Below are positions 38,110 through 46,900 of a DNA stretch of 64,000 nucleotides, in pieces. Positions within the stretch are counted from its first letter, which is position 1. Every line of letters starts with the position of its first letter. The notes under the pieces were generated by a model, which made no database searches, was not told the origin of the DNA, and saw only the letters and a program-made list of their open reading frames with translations. Source of the DNA: Candidatus Shapirobacteria bacterium (GTDB taxonomy: Bacteria > Patescibacteriota > Microgenomatia > UBA12405); the NCBI GenBank assembly GCA_041659325.1, contig JBAZYN010000002.1:206082-270081 (forward strand). Reading direction: 5' to 3'. Made by a program: the position numbers and the translations under genes.

Positions 38110-38859
38110 TTAATATTTGGGAATGGCAATAAAGGTAATGGCGTTTTCGTAGTTGCCGGCGGATTGAGTGGCTAGGATGTTGACTTTGTAGGTAATAGAA
38201 GCAGTCCGACTTCGGGACGGGACGTTTTCAGACATAAAAATATGGCCTGAGGTGGCAAAGGGACGGTAGTGGCTGGAAGTGGGGAAATAAGTGGCACCGA
38301 TGCCGGAAACATTGTAGCCAAAGCCGTAGGCGGTGGGCGAGTTCCAGACATTGGAGGAAGAAACGGTACACGAGGTGGCCTGGTCGCAGGAAGTATCGGG
38401 AATGGTGGTTTGTGAACCGACTAGGGTCAGGGGGTGGTTTTCCAAAACATAGATATCATAGCCATGGCCGGAAGGAGAGGAGACAGTGACAGTATGGCTT
38501 TGGGTGGTGCCGATGTCGGGGGTAAGGGTGCCAAAATTTATGGCCAGGTCGGGATTGTTGATTTTGAAAGAAAAATCGAATAAAAGATCGTAGATGTATT
38601 GAAAACCGGATTTGACAATATAGCCACCGTCAAGGCTGAATTTCCCTGGGGCAAATTGACCGACAGTGTCGGTAAGCTGATAAGTAGTGGAGGATTTTTT
38701 GCCGGAGGTCATGTTGAAATTCCCCATGTCGATAATGTAGCTATCGGAGGAGAAACGTTGAGCGTGGCTGGTAATTGGTAACCAGTAATTAGTAATTAGT
38801 AATAAGAAAAGAGTTAGAAAGATTTTAGATTTCATCAATGGTTCTGTCGCTATCTTCAT
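38110..38859 (-). CDS. secreted beta-rich protein ending in AGNYE motif (paralogous to 30608-32101 C-terminus)
   Basis: Signal MKIATEPLMKSKIFLTLFLLLITNYWLPITSHA (partly encoded by the GTAATCW repeat at 38770-38803). C-terminus ...ATQSAGNYENAITFIAIPKY. Confidence 0.5.
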   Translation of the reverse strand: MKIATEPLMKSKIFLTLFLLLITNYWLPITSHAQRFSSDSYIIDMGNFNMTSGKKSSTTYQLTDTVGQFAPGKFSLDGGYIVKSGFQYIYDLLFDFSFKINNPDLAINFGTLTPDIGTTQSHTVTVSSPSGHGYDIYVLENHPLTLVGSQTTIPDTSCDQATSCTVSSSNVWNSPTAYGFGYNVSGIGATYFPTSSHYRPFATSGHIFMSENVPSRSRTASITYKVNILATQSAGNYENAITFIAIPKY

Positions 38860-39475
38860 TGATATAGTTTGATACTTTATTGGAGGAATTGGATATATAT
38901 TTTAGGTCGTTTTTTATTTTTGTCAGAGAGACTTTTTGGGAAGAGGTAAGGTCGGAGCTGCCAAGAAGGTTAGTGATGGAATCGGTGGTGTTTTTGATGA
39001 AACCTTTAAATTTTAGGGAATGCCAGAGGAGAATGTCGGTTTCTTCCTGGGAAATCTGGCGATCAAGGGTAGTCTTTTCCAAATACTGACGGCTGACAAA
39101 CCAGGCAAGGGGATCAATTAGGAGAAGAGAAAGAAGAGGAATGAGGGAGGAAGCGGAGTTTAGAGATTGGGAGAGAAAAATAATAATGATTAGAGAGTAC
39201 GCCAGGGTGAAGGAGGGCGAAAGCCGGAAGGCAGAAATAAATAAAAGAAAGTAGACGAGAAAAAAGCCGGGGGAATTGAGACCGCCGGTGGTGAAAATAA
39301 TGACGTTAACAATAGCGCCGATAAGATTGAGGTATAGAGTTTTTTTGTAAATCGAGAGTCCGAGGGTGATGATAGCCAGGAGAGCGATTAGCTGAGGGGT
39401 CAGATGAGTATAGGGGGAAATGGAAAAGAGATAGGCAAGAGTGGTGGTGATGAAAAAATAGGCAATGGATTGCAT
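38825..39475 (-). CDS. polytopic membrane protein (ORF track 38825-39871; likely starts at the internal Met near 39475 because the upstream part overlaps comEA)
   Basis: Several TM helices (AYLFSISPYTHLTPQLIALLAIITLGL; GFFLVYFLLFISAF; LIIIIFLSQSL). The 5' 400 bp of the long ORF is antisense to the well-supported comEA. Confidence 0.4.
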   Translation of the reverse strand: MQSIAYFFITTTLAYLFSISPYTHLTPQLIALLAIITLGLSIYKKTLYLNLIGAIVNVIIFTTGGLNSPGFFLVYFLLFISAFRLSPSFTLAYSLIIIIFLSQSLNSASSLIPLLSLLLIDPLAWFVSRQYLEKTTLDRQISQEETDILLWHSLKFKGFIKNTTDSITNLLGSSDLTSSQKVSLTKIKNDLKYISNSSNKVSNYINEDSDRTIDEI

Positions 39476-39878
39476 TAATATTATGGTAGCATTTTTGGAG
39501 ATGGGCAAGAAATGGTGGAGGTCCAAGTGGATTATTGATTTAATCTTGGTTTTGGGGATATTAATGGTGGCGTTGGGGGTGGGAATGGAAATCGAGGGCC
39601 AAAAACAGGTTTCTGAAGTGGTGGTGGAGAAGGGAGCAGTAAAGGGAGTAGTGGTGGCCCCGTCGGCGGCGGGAACAGGAATTAGAACAGGGATAAATAT
39701 CAACAAGGCCACGGCCGAAGAGTTGGACGTTTTGCCTGGTATCGGGCCGGCGATAGCTAAAAGAATAATAGAGTATAGGGAGAAAAACGGTGGTTTTTTG
39801 AATACAGAGGAAATTAAGTTAGTCAGCGGGATAGGAGAGAAATTGTTTGAAAAAATTAAGGACAAGATCACTATCTGA
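39465..39878 (+). CDS. comEA: competence protein ComEA (TM + helix-hairpin-helix DNA-binding domain); probable start at 39501 (MGKKWW...)
   Basis: GININKATAEELDVLPGIGPAIAKRIIEYREKNGGFLNTEEIKLVSGIGEKLFEKIKDKI is the ComEA HhH signature. Confidence 0.75.
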   Translation: MDCINIMVAFLEMGKKWWRSKWIIDLILVLGILMVALGVGMEIEGQKQVSEVVVEKGAVKGVVVAPSAAGTGIRTGININKATAEELDVLPGIGPAIAKRIIEYREKNGGFLNTEEIKLVSGIGEKLFEKIKDKITI

Positions 39879-40914
39879 ATGGATGGTAATGGCGGGATTG
39901 GTATTGGTGGGAATGGGGGTGGTTTCGATGTACAAGTTTATAAATAAGGATAGTTTGATTGGGGTAATAAATCAAAGTTTGCCGCCGCGGGAGGCGGGAT
40001 TGTTGGCCGGAATGCTTCTGGGGGATAGAAGTGGGTTTGAAAAAGATTTTTGGAAAGACTTAAAGGTGTCGGGAGTGGTGCATTTGGTGGTAGTGAGCGG
40101 GACAAATGTGGTGTTATTAAGCAGCTTATTGATTGAAAATTTGGCCCAATTTTTGGGGCGGAAAAAGACAATTGTGGGAGTATTGACTTTGGTATGGGGG
40201 TATGCCGGGATGGTAGGGTGGGAACCACCGGTAATCAGGGCAGTTTTGTTGGTCTCGATTTTATATTGGGCGCAACTTTTGGGAAGAAAATTCGATGTTT
40301 GGAGAAGTTTGATTTTGGTGGTAGCGATGATGGTGATTGCTGACCGGACAATGATTGGTGGGGTTAGTTTTTGGCTGTCGTTTCTGGCGTTTATTGGAGT
40401 AATAAGTCAATTACGAATTAACAATTACGAATTACGAATTAAAAATAAATATATATTAAATATGGTTGGTAATTTTATCACGACGGTGTGGGTGAGCTTG
40501 TGGATTACGCCGGTGATGGCAATGGTGTTTGGAAAAATTAGCCTGATATCGCCTTTTACAAATCTTTTGGTAATGTTTTTGGCGGAAACAGTATTTGTTG
40601 TGGGCGGAGTGGGGGTGGCGGCGGGGTTGATTTGGCCGTTTTTGGGCGAGGTGGTGTTGATATTAATTTTGCCCCTGTTGAAATATTTTGTAGTGATAAC
40701 GGAGTGGATGGGGAATATGAAATGGGCGAGTTTTGAAGTGAAATTTAATTGGTTGATGTTGGCGGGGTGGTATTTGATTTTGGGGTGGTTTTTGTTAAGA
40801 AGAAAGGGCGGACACGCCGGTCCGCCCGTACAGAAAATCGTGGGGGCGGGCCCAATTGATGCGCCCCCACAGAATAATGTAGGGGTCGACCGGGGTGTCG
40901 ACCCAAAAGGATAA
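39847..40914 (+). CDS. comEC: ComEC/Rec2 N-terminal part (DUF4131 + Competence TM domain); C-terminus is read-through into REP-like repeat
   Basis: LLAGMLLGDRSGFEKDFWKDLKVSGVVHLVVVSGTNVVLL...VLLVSILYWAQLLGRKFDVWRSL is the competence-domain motif. It carries an in-frame ATTACGA insert (QLRINNYELRIKNKY). The tail KGGHAGPPVQKIVGAG is encoded by the GC-rich hairpin repeat. Confidence 0.7.
   Translation: MKKLRTRSLSEWMVMAGLVLVGMGVVSMYKFINKDSLIGVINQSLPPREAGLLAGMLLGDRSGFEKDFWKDLKVSGVVHLVVVSGTNVVLLSSLLIENLAQFLGRKKTIVGVLTLVWGYAGMVGWEPPVIRAVLLVSILYWAQLLGRKFDVWRSLILVVAMMVIADRTMIGGVSFWLSFLAFIGVISQLRINNYELRIKNKYILNMVGNFITTVWVSLWITPVMAMVFGKISLISPFTNLLVMFLAETVFVVGGVGVAAGLIWPFLGEVVLILILPLLKYFVVITEWMGNMKWASFEVKFNWLMLAGWYLILGWFLLRRKGGHAGPPVQKIVGAGPIDAPPQNNVGVDRGVDPKG
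40409..40442. repeat. ATTACGA heptad repeat in-frame inside comEC
   Basis: caattacgaattaacaattacgaattacgaatt. Confidence 0.8.
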
Positions 40915-41620
40915 AAATGATATTTGGAAATAGAAAATCAATTAGATTGAAGGGATATGATTATTCGATGGGTGGGTATTATTTCGTGACGATATGTACG
41001 CAGGATAGGCGATGTTTATTTAGGGCGGACACCCGCCAGAGGCGGGTAGGCGTCGTCCGTCCGTACACGGAAATAAATGATATTGGAATTATGATGGATT
41101 ATTGGTGGAACGAATTGTCTAATCATTTTGATAATAAAATTAATTTGGATGAATACGTGATTATGCCTAATCATATACACGGAATAATTGTGATTAAAAA
41201 TATTAATAAGGGCGGACACGCCGGTCCGCCCGTACAGAAAATCGTAGGGGCAGGCCGATGTGCCTGCCCAAATGATCCGCCCGTACAGAAAATGGTAGGG
41301 GTCGACCGATGTGTCGAACCAAATGATGCACCCGTACAGAAAATTCCCATTAAATTAGGAGATGTTATTCGATGGTTTAAAACAATAACCACCAATGAAT
41401 ATATTAAGGAAAGAACATTAAACAATTGGCCGAAATTTGATAAGCGAATTTGGCAAAGAAATTATTATGAAAGGATTATCAGAAATGAAAAAGAATATAT
41501 AAAGGTCAAGAATTATATTAAGGCAAACATGTCTACCGGTGGGCAGGTTTTGTGACAATATGTACGCAGGATAGGCGATGTTTATTTAGGGCGGACACAC
41601 CGGTCCGCCCGTACAAAATT
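40806..41620 (+). mobile_element. RAYT/IS200-like element: Y1 (HuH) transposase gene flanked and interrupted by REP-like hairpin repeats GGGCGGACACGCCGGTCCGCCCGTACA
   Basis: Hairpin copies at 40806-40832, 41023-41069 (variant), 41210-41236, 41270-41295 (half), 41328-41345 (half) and 41589-41615. Additional GC hairpins at 40842-40870 and 40877-40908. Confidence 0.65.
40917..41555 (+). CDS. IS200/IS605-family Y1 transposase, REP-associated tyrosine transposase (RAYT)-like
   Basis: RLKGYDYSMGGYYFVTICTQDRRCLF...YVIMPNHIHGIIVI (HuH motif HIH)...EYIKVKNYIKAN (C-terminal Tyr region). REP-encoded in-frame inserts (KGGHAGPPVQKIVGAG). Confidence 0.7.
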   Translation: MIFGNRKSIRLKGYDYSMGGYYFVTICTQDRRCLFRADTRQRRVGVVRPYTEINDIGIMMDYWWNELSNHFDNKINLDEYVIMPNHIHGIIVIKNINKGGHAGPPVQKIVGAGRCACPNDPPVQKMVGVDRCVEPNDAPVQKIPIKLGDVIRWFKTITTNEYIKERTLNNWPKFDKRIWQRNYYERIIRNEKEYIKVKNYIKANMSTGGQVL

Positions 41621-41631
41621 AGGAATAATTT

Positions 41632-42450
41632 ATGAAAATTAAAATATTATTAGTAGTTAGCCTGATAGGGCTGGGAATTTGGTGGTGGGTTAACAGGCCA
41701 AACAATAATTTTAAAATGGTGTTTTGTGATGTCGGTCAGGGGGATGCGGCACTGGTGGTTTATGGTAATTTCCAGATGCTTATAGATGCAGGTCCCGAGA
41801 ACAGAAAGGTATTGAATTGTTTGGAGGATAATTTGCCGTTTGGGGATAAGCAACTGGAGTTAGCGGTAATAACCCACTGGGATTTGGACCACGCCGGTGG
41901 TATAAGAGATGTTTTGAATTATTACAAGATTGAAAAAGTGTTTTCCGGCACTAAACCGGAAGCGGGTTTTGAACAAATAAATTATACAGGTAATTTAAAG
42001 AGCGGTGATGTCATCAAATATGGATTGATGAGTTTTGAAATACTGTCAACGGAGGGAGTTGAGGGAAAAGGAGAGGATGAGGATAACGCTAATTCGGTGG
42101 TTGGGGTGTTAAGTTATAAGGACTATGTGTTTTTCATGATGGGAGATGCGCCGTTGGTAGTGGAGCAAAGACTGGTGTGGAGACAGATAGTCGAAAAGTC
42201 TCAAAGTCTTAAAGCCTCAAAGTCTGAAAATCTGAAAGTAGTATTAAAGGTGAGTCACCATGGGTCGGATACGGCTACGGGCGAGGAATTGTTGGAAGCG
42301 GTAAAGCCGAATATGGCGGTAGTTAGTGTGGGAAAAAATAATTTTGGGCATCCGGCGGAGGAGGTGATAAAAAGGCTTAACGAGAGGGGGATACAGATAT
42401 TAAGAACTGATATGATGGGGGAGATAGAGTTTGTAATCAGTAATCAGTAA
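41632..42450 (+). CDS. comEC: ComEC C-terminal metallo-beta-lactamase domain (separate ORF downstream of RAYT insertion)
   Basis: TM then MLIDAGPEN...AVITHWDLDHAGGIRDV...VSHHGSDTATGEELLEAVKPNMAVVSVGKNNFGHPAEEVIKRL. In-frame GTCNAAA insert (KSQSLKASKSENLKV) at 42190-42240. Confidence 0.65.
   Translation: MKIKILLVVSLIGLGIWWWVNRPNNNFKMVFCDVGQGDAALVVYGNFQMLIDAGPENRKVLNCLEDNLPFGDKQLELAVITHWDLDHAGGIRDVLNYYKIEKVFSGTKPEAGFEQINYTGNLKSGDVIKYGLMSFEILSTEGVEGKGEDEDNANSVVGVLSYKDYVFFMMGDAPLVVEQRLVWRQIVEKSQSLKASKSENLKVVLKVSHHGSDTATGEELLEAVKPNMAVVSVGKNNFGHPAEEVIKRLNERGIQILRTDMMGEIEFVISNQ
42190..42240. repeat. GTCNAAA repeat in-frame in comEC MBL domain
   Basis: gtcgaaaagtctcaaagtcttaaagcctcaaagtctgaaaatctgaaagt. 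Confidence 0.8.
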
Positions 42451-42475
42451 TCAGTAATCAGTAATCTGTAATCTG
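42432..42475. repeat. GTAATCW heptad repeat x6 spanning the comEC stop
   Basis: gtaatcagtaatcagtaatcagtaatcagtaatctgtaatctgg. Confidence 0.85.
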
Positions 42476-42531
42476 GTATGGAGTGTAAATCTGCAGGCAT
42501 GGGCGGAGCGATGCAATAAGGGGAGATTAGG

Positions 42532-43515
42532 TTAATTCTCTTGGTTAATTTCAGAGAAAATGGTGGCGGAGGTTTGTTTGATGAAACTGGCGAGCTTGGT
42601 AAAATCTTGACCGCGGGTCATAATACAAAGAAGATATTGTTTTTGGGGGAGATGGACAATGCCACAATCATGAAGTTGCTTTTCTTCGATATCAAGAAAC
42701 TGTCTTTCGCCAAATTTGTGGGAAACTTCTATGTTGGTTGGAGTGCCACCGACAATCCCAAGGTTAAAATTAGATTGAGTGAGCAGCTTTAGGGCTTTTT
42801 CTGACATATTTTTGTTGAGATACGAAGAGTTATAAAGGACGCGAAAGAAAGAAGCGTAATCCTTGACGGAGAGAATATTACCGGCCGGATTGCCGGATTG
42901 TTTTGTCTGAATATCAATACTCATATCGTTGTAAACCTGAAAGACGAAACGACCGTCGATGTTTTTGAGGAGAAGTTCGTAGGCGAGATTGTCGGAGTAG
43001 GTGATCATGATGTCGATGAGTTCATCGACAGAATAAGACCGGTTGGGGGTTAGGGTGACTTCGGGGATGATATTTTGGGAATTGGAGGCATCATCAACTT
43101 GCGTGTTGGTAATTTTTTGTTCCAGGATAGTGGGGTCAGTTTCGGCTTGTTTGTAGTAAGCGATCATTAGGGGGACCTTGATAAGACTAGCCGGGGAAAA
43201 ATCATCTTTTTCATTGATACCAAACCAGGGGCCGTTGTTGAGATCCCGAAAGTAAACAGAGGCGTAGGAGATATTACCGGTTTTAGTCTCGGTTGAGATG
43301 GCGTTTTTTATTTGGTCGCGGAGGTGGTTTAGGTTGGTGGCGTTGCTTAAATTAACAGAGTCGCATTCCAGCAGGGGATTGGTGTATTGATAACTGCCCT
43401 TAAGGCGGATTTCTTTGACGAGAGAATTGCCCGGAGGGGAGATGATATAGCCGACGGCAAAGGAAACAATAATCATAATTGCTTTTGGGTAATGTCGACG
43501 GATAAATGTTTTCAT
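42532..43515 (-). CDS. class A beta-lactamase-related serine hydrolase (PBP/D-Ala-D-Ala carboxypeptidase-like), membrane anchored
   Basis: SxxK (PASLIKVPL) and SDN (MITYSDNLAYELL) motifs. KFG at the KTG position. N-terminal TM. Confidence 0.5.
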   Translation of the reverse strand: MKTFIRRHYPKAIMIIVSFAVGYIISPPGNSLVKEIRLKGSYQYTNPLLECDSVNLSNATNLNHLRDQIKNAISTETKTGNISYASVYFRDLNNGPWFGINEKDDFSPASLIKVPLMIAYYKQAETDPTILEQKITNTQVDDASNSQNIIPEVTLTPNRSYSVDELIDIMITYSDNLAYELLLKNIDGRFVFQVYNDMSIDIQTKQSGNPAGNILSVKDYASFFRVLYNSSYLNKNMSEKALKLLTQSNFNLGIVGGTPTNIEVSHKFGERQFLDIEEKQLHDCGIVHLPQKQYLLCIMTRGQDFTKLASFIKQTSATIFSEINQEN

Positions 43516-43668
43516 GGCACTCTTGTCTAGTATATAGGTGAGGGTTGGGTTTTATTAATAGTAAAGTGCATGTAGAGCAAGTAATAGATAATGTAGAATA
43601 AATGGTAAATAAAGATGCAGTAGTATCTAGCGCTTGCAATGGATAAAGTGGATGTATAGACTGAATTA

Positions 43669-43968
43669 GTGGACAAGTGGAGACAGAGAATTCATAGATT
43701 AAGTATGAACCAACTAAAAGCGTTGGGGGTGTTGGCGGCGAGTAAAAACGGGATTGTGGAAGCATTGGAATCATCGGGTAATTTGCGTTTATACGGAAAA
43801 GCGTTGGGAGGAGTATTTTCGTCGCTGTCGCGACAAGTTTTGAACGGTCAGCATTTGATCGAGGCCTGGGGTCGTGTCGAACGCGGTAGGGGGTTGAGGT
43901 GGAAGCTGAACTTGGAAGCAATTAGTCAGCGGGAATTGAAAAAAGCGGTAGAGGAGGTACTGGGGTGA
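43669..43968 (+). CDS. small hypothetical protein, stop overlaps start of giant gene (ATGA)
   Basis: 99-aa ORF. The 4-bp overlap suggests translational coupling. Confidence 0.3.
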   Translation: MDKWRQRIHRLSMNQLKALGVLAASKNGIVEALESSGNLRLYGKALGGVFSSLSRQVLNGQHLIEAWGRVERGRGLRWKLNLEAISQRELKKAVEEVLG

Positions 43969-46900
43969 AATTTATCAATTACGAATTACGAATTACTAAT
44001 TACGAATTTAAAAAAATAGTAATTGTTCTGGTTTTGTGGGCGGTGGGATTGGGGGTGGGGTTAATTGGTGGGAATTATTGGTGGAATAATCGAAATGAGG
44101 TGTCGGCGGCAGACAGGGTGTTGACGACAACGGCAGATTTTGACGGGGGAAGATATATGAACATGGAGGCGGATTCAAAACAGGGGCAGCTTAAGTTAAA
44201 GGCTGACGGCTCCTGGGGGCCGAGAGTTTTTACGGTGCCCAACGTTAATTTGGGAAATGAGTCGCCGATAGCTTCGGATGGAAATTATATATATGTGATA
44301 GCTAGTGCGGATAATTATTTTGCCAGGTATATACCGGCGGAGGATAAATGGGAAACTTTGGCATCGGCACCTCACTATGCATATCCCGGTTCGGATATGG
44401 TGGTTTTGGGTGATTATGTATATGCGGTCTTTGGGGGATACCAGCGGGAGTTTAGCCGATATTCGATTGTCAATGACACCTGGGAGGAGATGGCAATGCT
44501 ACTGGATATAACATATGGAGGGACATCGCTGTCAACTGATGGGAATGAGATTTATTGTCTGCGGGGACATAATACGAATGATTTTTGGAAATATGATGTG
44601 CAAGCGGACAGGTGGACTCCGATTGGTAGTACTCCTTTGACGATCAGGTATGGAGCTGATTTGTCATATAGCAGTGAAACCAATAAAATGTATACCCCGA
44701 GGGGTAATAGTTCAAACGTTTTTTATATATATGATTTGGGAACAAGTATCTGGTCGATAGGACCAACATTGCCGGAGACGATGACCGAGGATAGCAACAG
44801 CGATATTGGCGGAACCGTGATTTATGTGCCCAGAGGAATCGGGACAAGTACTTTTTGGGCATTTAACGTGGGAACTACGCAGTGGAGTATTTTAACGGGA
44901 ACTCCCCAGATAACCAGATATGTGGGAGCGGTTTATAATGCGGCGGAAGACAAGGTTTATGTATTTAGGGGCAACGGAACCCCCGACTTTTGGAAATATG
45001 ACCCGGGGGCCAATAGCTTTCCGGGACCAACAGATTTGCCGGCGGCACCGGGGACGGGGTCGGATTTGATATATTCCGATGGATATTGGTATTACAATCG
45101 CGGAGGGACGACGGCAATGTATAGGTATAATGGGGCAGTGGGAGCGACTTGGCAGACAATGGCGGTGGGCTCATCGGTATTTTCGTCGGATACAAAAGGG
45201 GTAGCGGTAAATGGACTATTATATTATCTTCAGGGAGGTGGGGCAAGAAACTTTTTCAGCTTTAGTCCATCGGTGGGGGTGGGAGGAAGCTGGGGGACTT
45301 TGGCGACAATACCGGCGGCGATAGCACCAAATTATGGGGCGGGATTGGCATACCCAGGGAGCGGTGATTATATTTATGCTACCCGGGGAGTCGGAACCAG
45401 AACGTTTATGAGATATGATATGCCCGGCAATGTTTGGAGTGATGTTGGAGTGACGGATTTACCGGATGATGCAGAGGCGGGATATGGGTCGCGGATTATT
45501 GGAGTGGGAACGACGGAATTGTTTTATATTGCCGGAAACGGGGTTGCAAAATTTTTAAAATACAATATTACCAGTGATGCCTGGACGGTGTTGGGAAATT
45601 TGCCATTCTCTCCGTATTATGGGACAGATATGACATATTATGGTGGAAAGATGTATTTCCAGGCGGGATACTACAAGAGGGATATTTGGGAATATACGTT
45701 GGCAACAGGTGAGTGGAGACGTCTGGCGGATATTTCCGGATACAATGCGTCTGATAGCGGGCCTTATAACGGAGGATCGTTGGAGTCGGACGGGGCAGGG
45801 AATTTGTATTCGATTAATGGGGCGAATGTTTTGTGGATCAGAAGTTACTCGATAGGGAGCAGTAGGTATCCGGGTGGGGGGAGTTGGAATTCCGGGACAA
45901 TTGATTTGGAATATGCGGCGGGTTGGTCGGGAATAAATGTGGGAAAGACAACCCCCGGTGATTCGTCGGTGTCGGTGTATACCAGAAGTAGTAGTAACCA
46001 GACTAGTTGGTCGCCATGGCAGGAGGCGGTGGGGATGGGGATCTCCAGCCCCATAAATAGATACCTACAAATAGGAGTTTCGATGCATTCTTCAAGCGGG
46101 GGGAGTGAGACACCAATAATTAATGATATTACGGTGAGTTATATTGGGGATACCGGAGTGCCGACTAATCCGACGTCGATTAGCGGTTTGTCACAGCAGG
46201 TCGCCGGAGTAGGATTAACTTCCGGGCAGAGCTATTCTTATAACCAACCGTATTTTGATTGGAGTGGGGGGGGAGACACAGAAACATCGGTGGCAGGGTA
46301 TTATGTGTATTTTGGGACCGGAACAACGGCGACGGTCGACCCGGCGATCAGCGGCAGCTATCAGACGGACTCTAGCTATTTGGTAACAATGCCGATGCAA
46401 ACCGGGACTTATAGTTTGTTGATTAAAACAAAAGATCTGGGCGGGAATGTAAGCAATACTTGGCAGGCATTTGTGTATGTTTATAACGGAGTATCTCCTT
46501 TTATAAGTTTTGCTCAAGCGTCGACGCCTGAATTTTCGATAGGGACAACGGCGGGGGTGGATATTAGCAATAATAGAATCAGACTGATGGGGACAAGTGG
46601 GTTTTGGGAACAGGAGAGGTTGAGCTTGTTACAGGCTAATGTTACGGTTGGTAACGGGGGCGATGTGGCGGTAATGGGTAACAAGCTTTATATTATGAGA
46701 GGTAACGGAGGAAAGGAATTTTCTATTTATGATTTGTCTACCGATGTAGTATCGGTGGGACCGACAATGCCGGCAACGGTGGCGGCCGGAGGAGCTTTGG
46801 TAGAAGGACCGCCTGGGTATTTGTATGCTATGAGAGGAGGAGGGACATCGACTTTTTGGAGGTATGACATTGGGGCTAGTCTGTGGTCTGATGCTTTGGC

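Noticed and set aside
43400-43921. 173-aa minus-strand ORF overlapping the 3' end of the serine hydrolase gene and the small plus-strand ORF
   Set aside because: Its low-complexity Pro/Ser/Thr translation overlaps two better-supported genes. Likely spurious.
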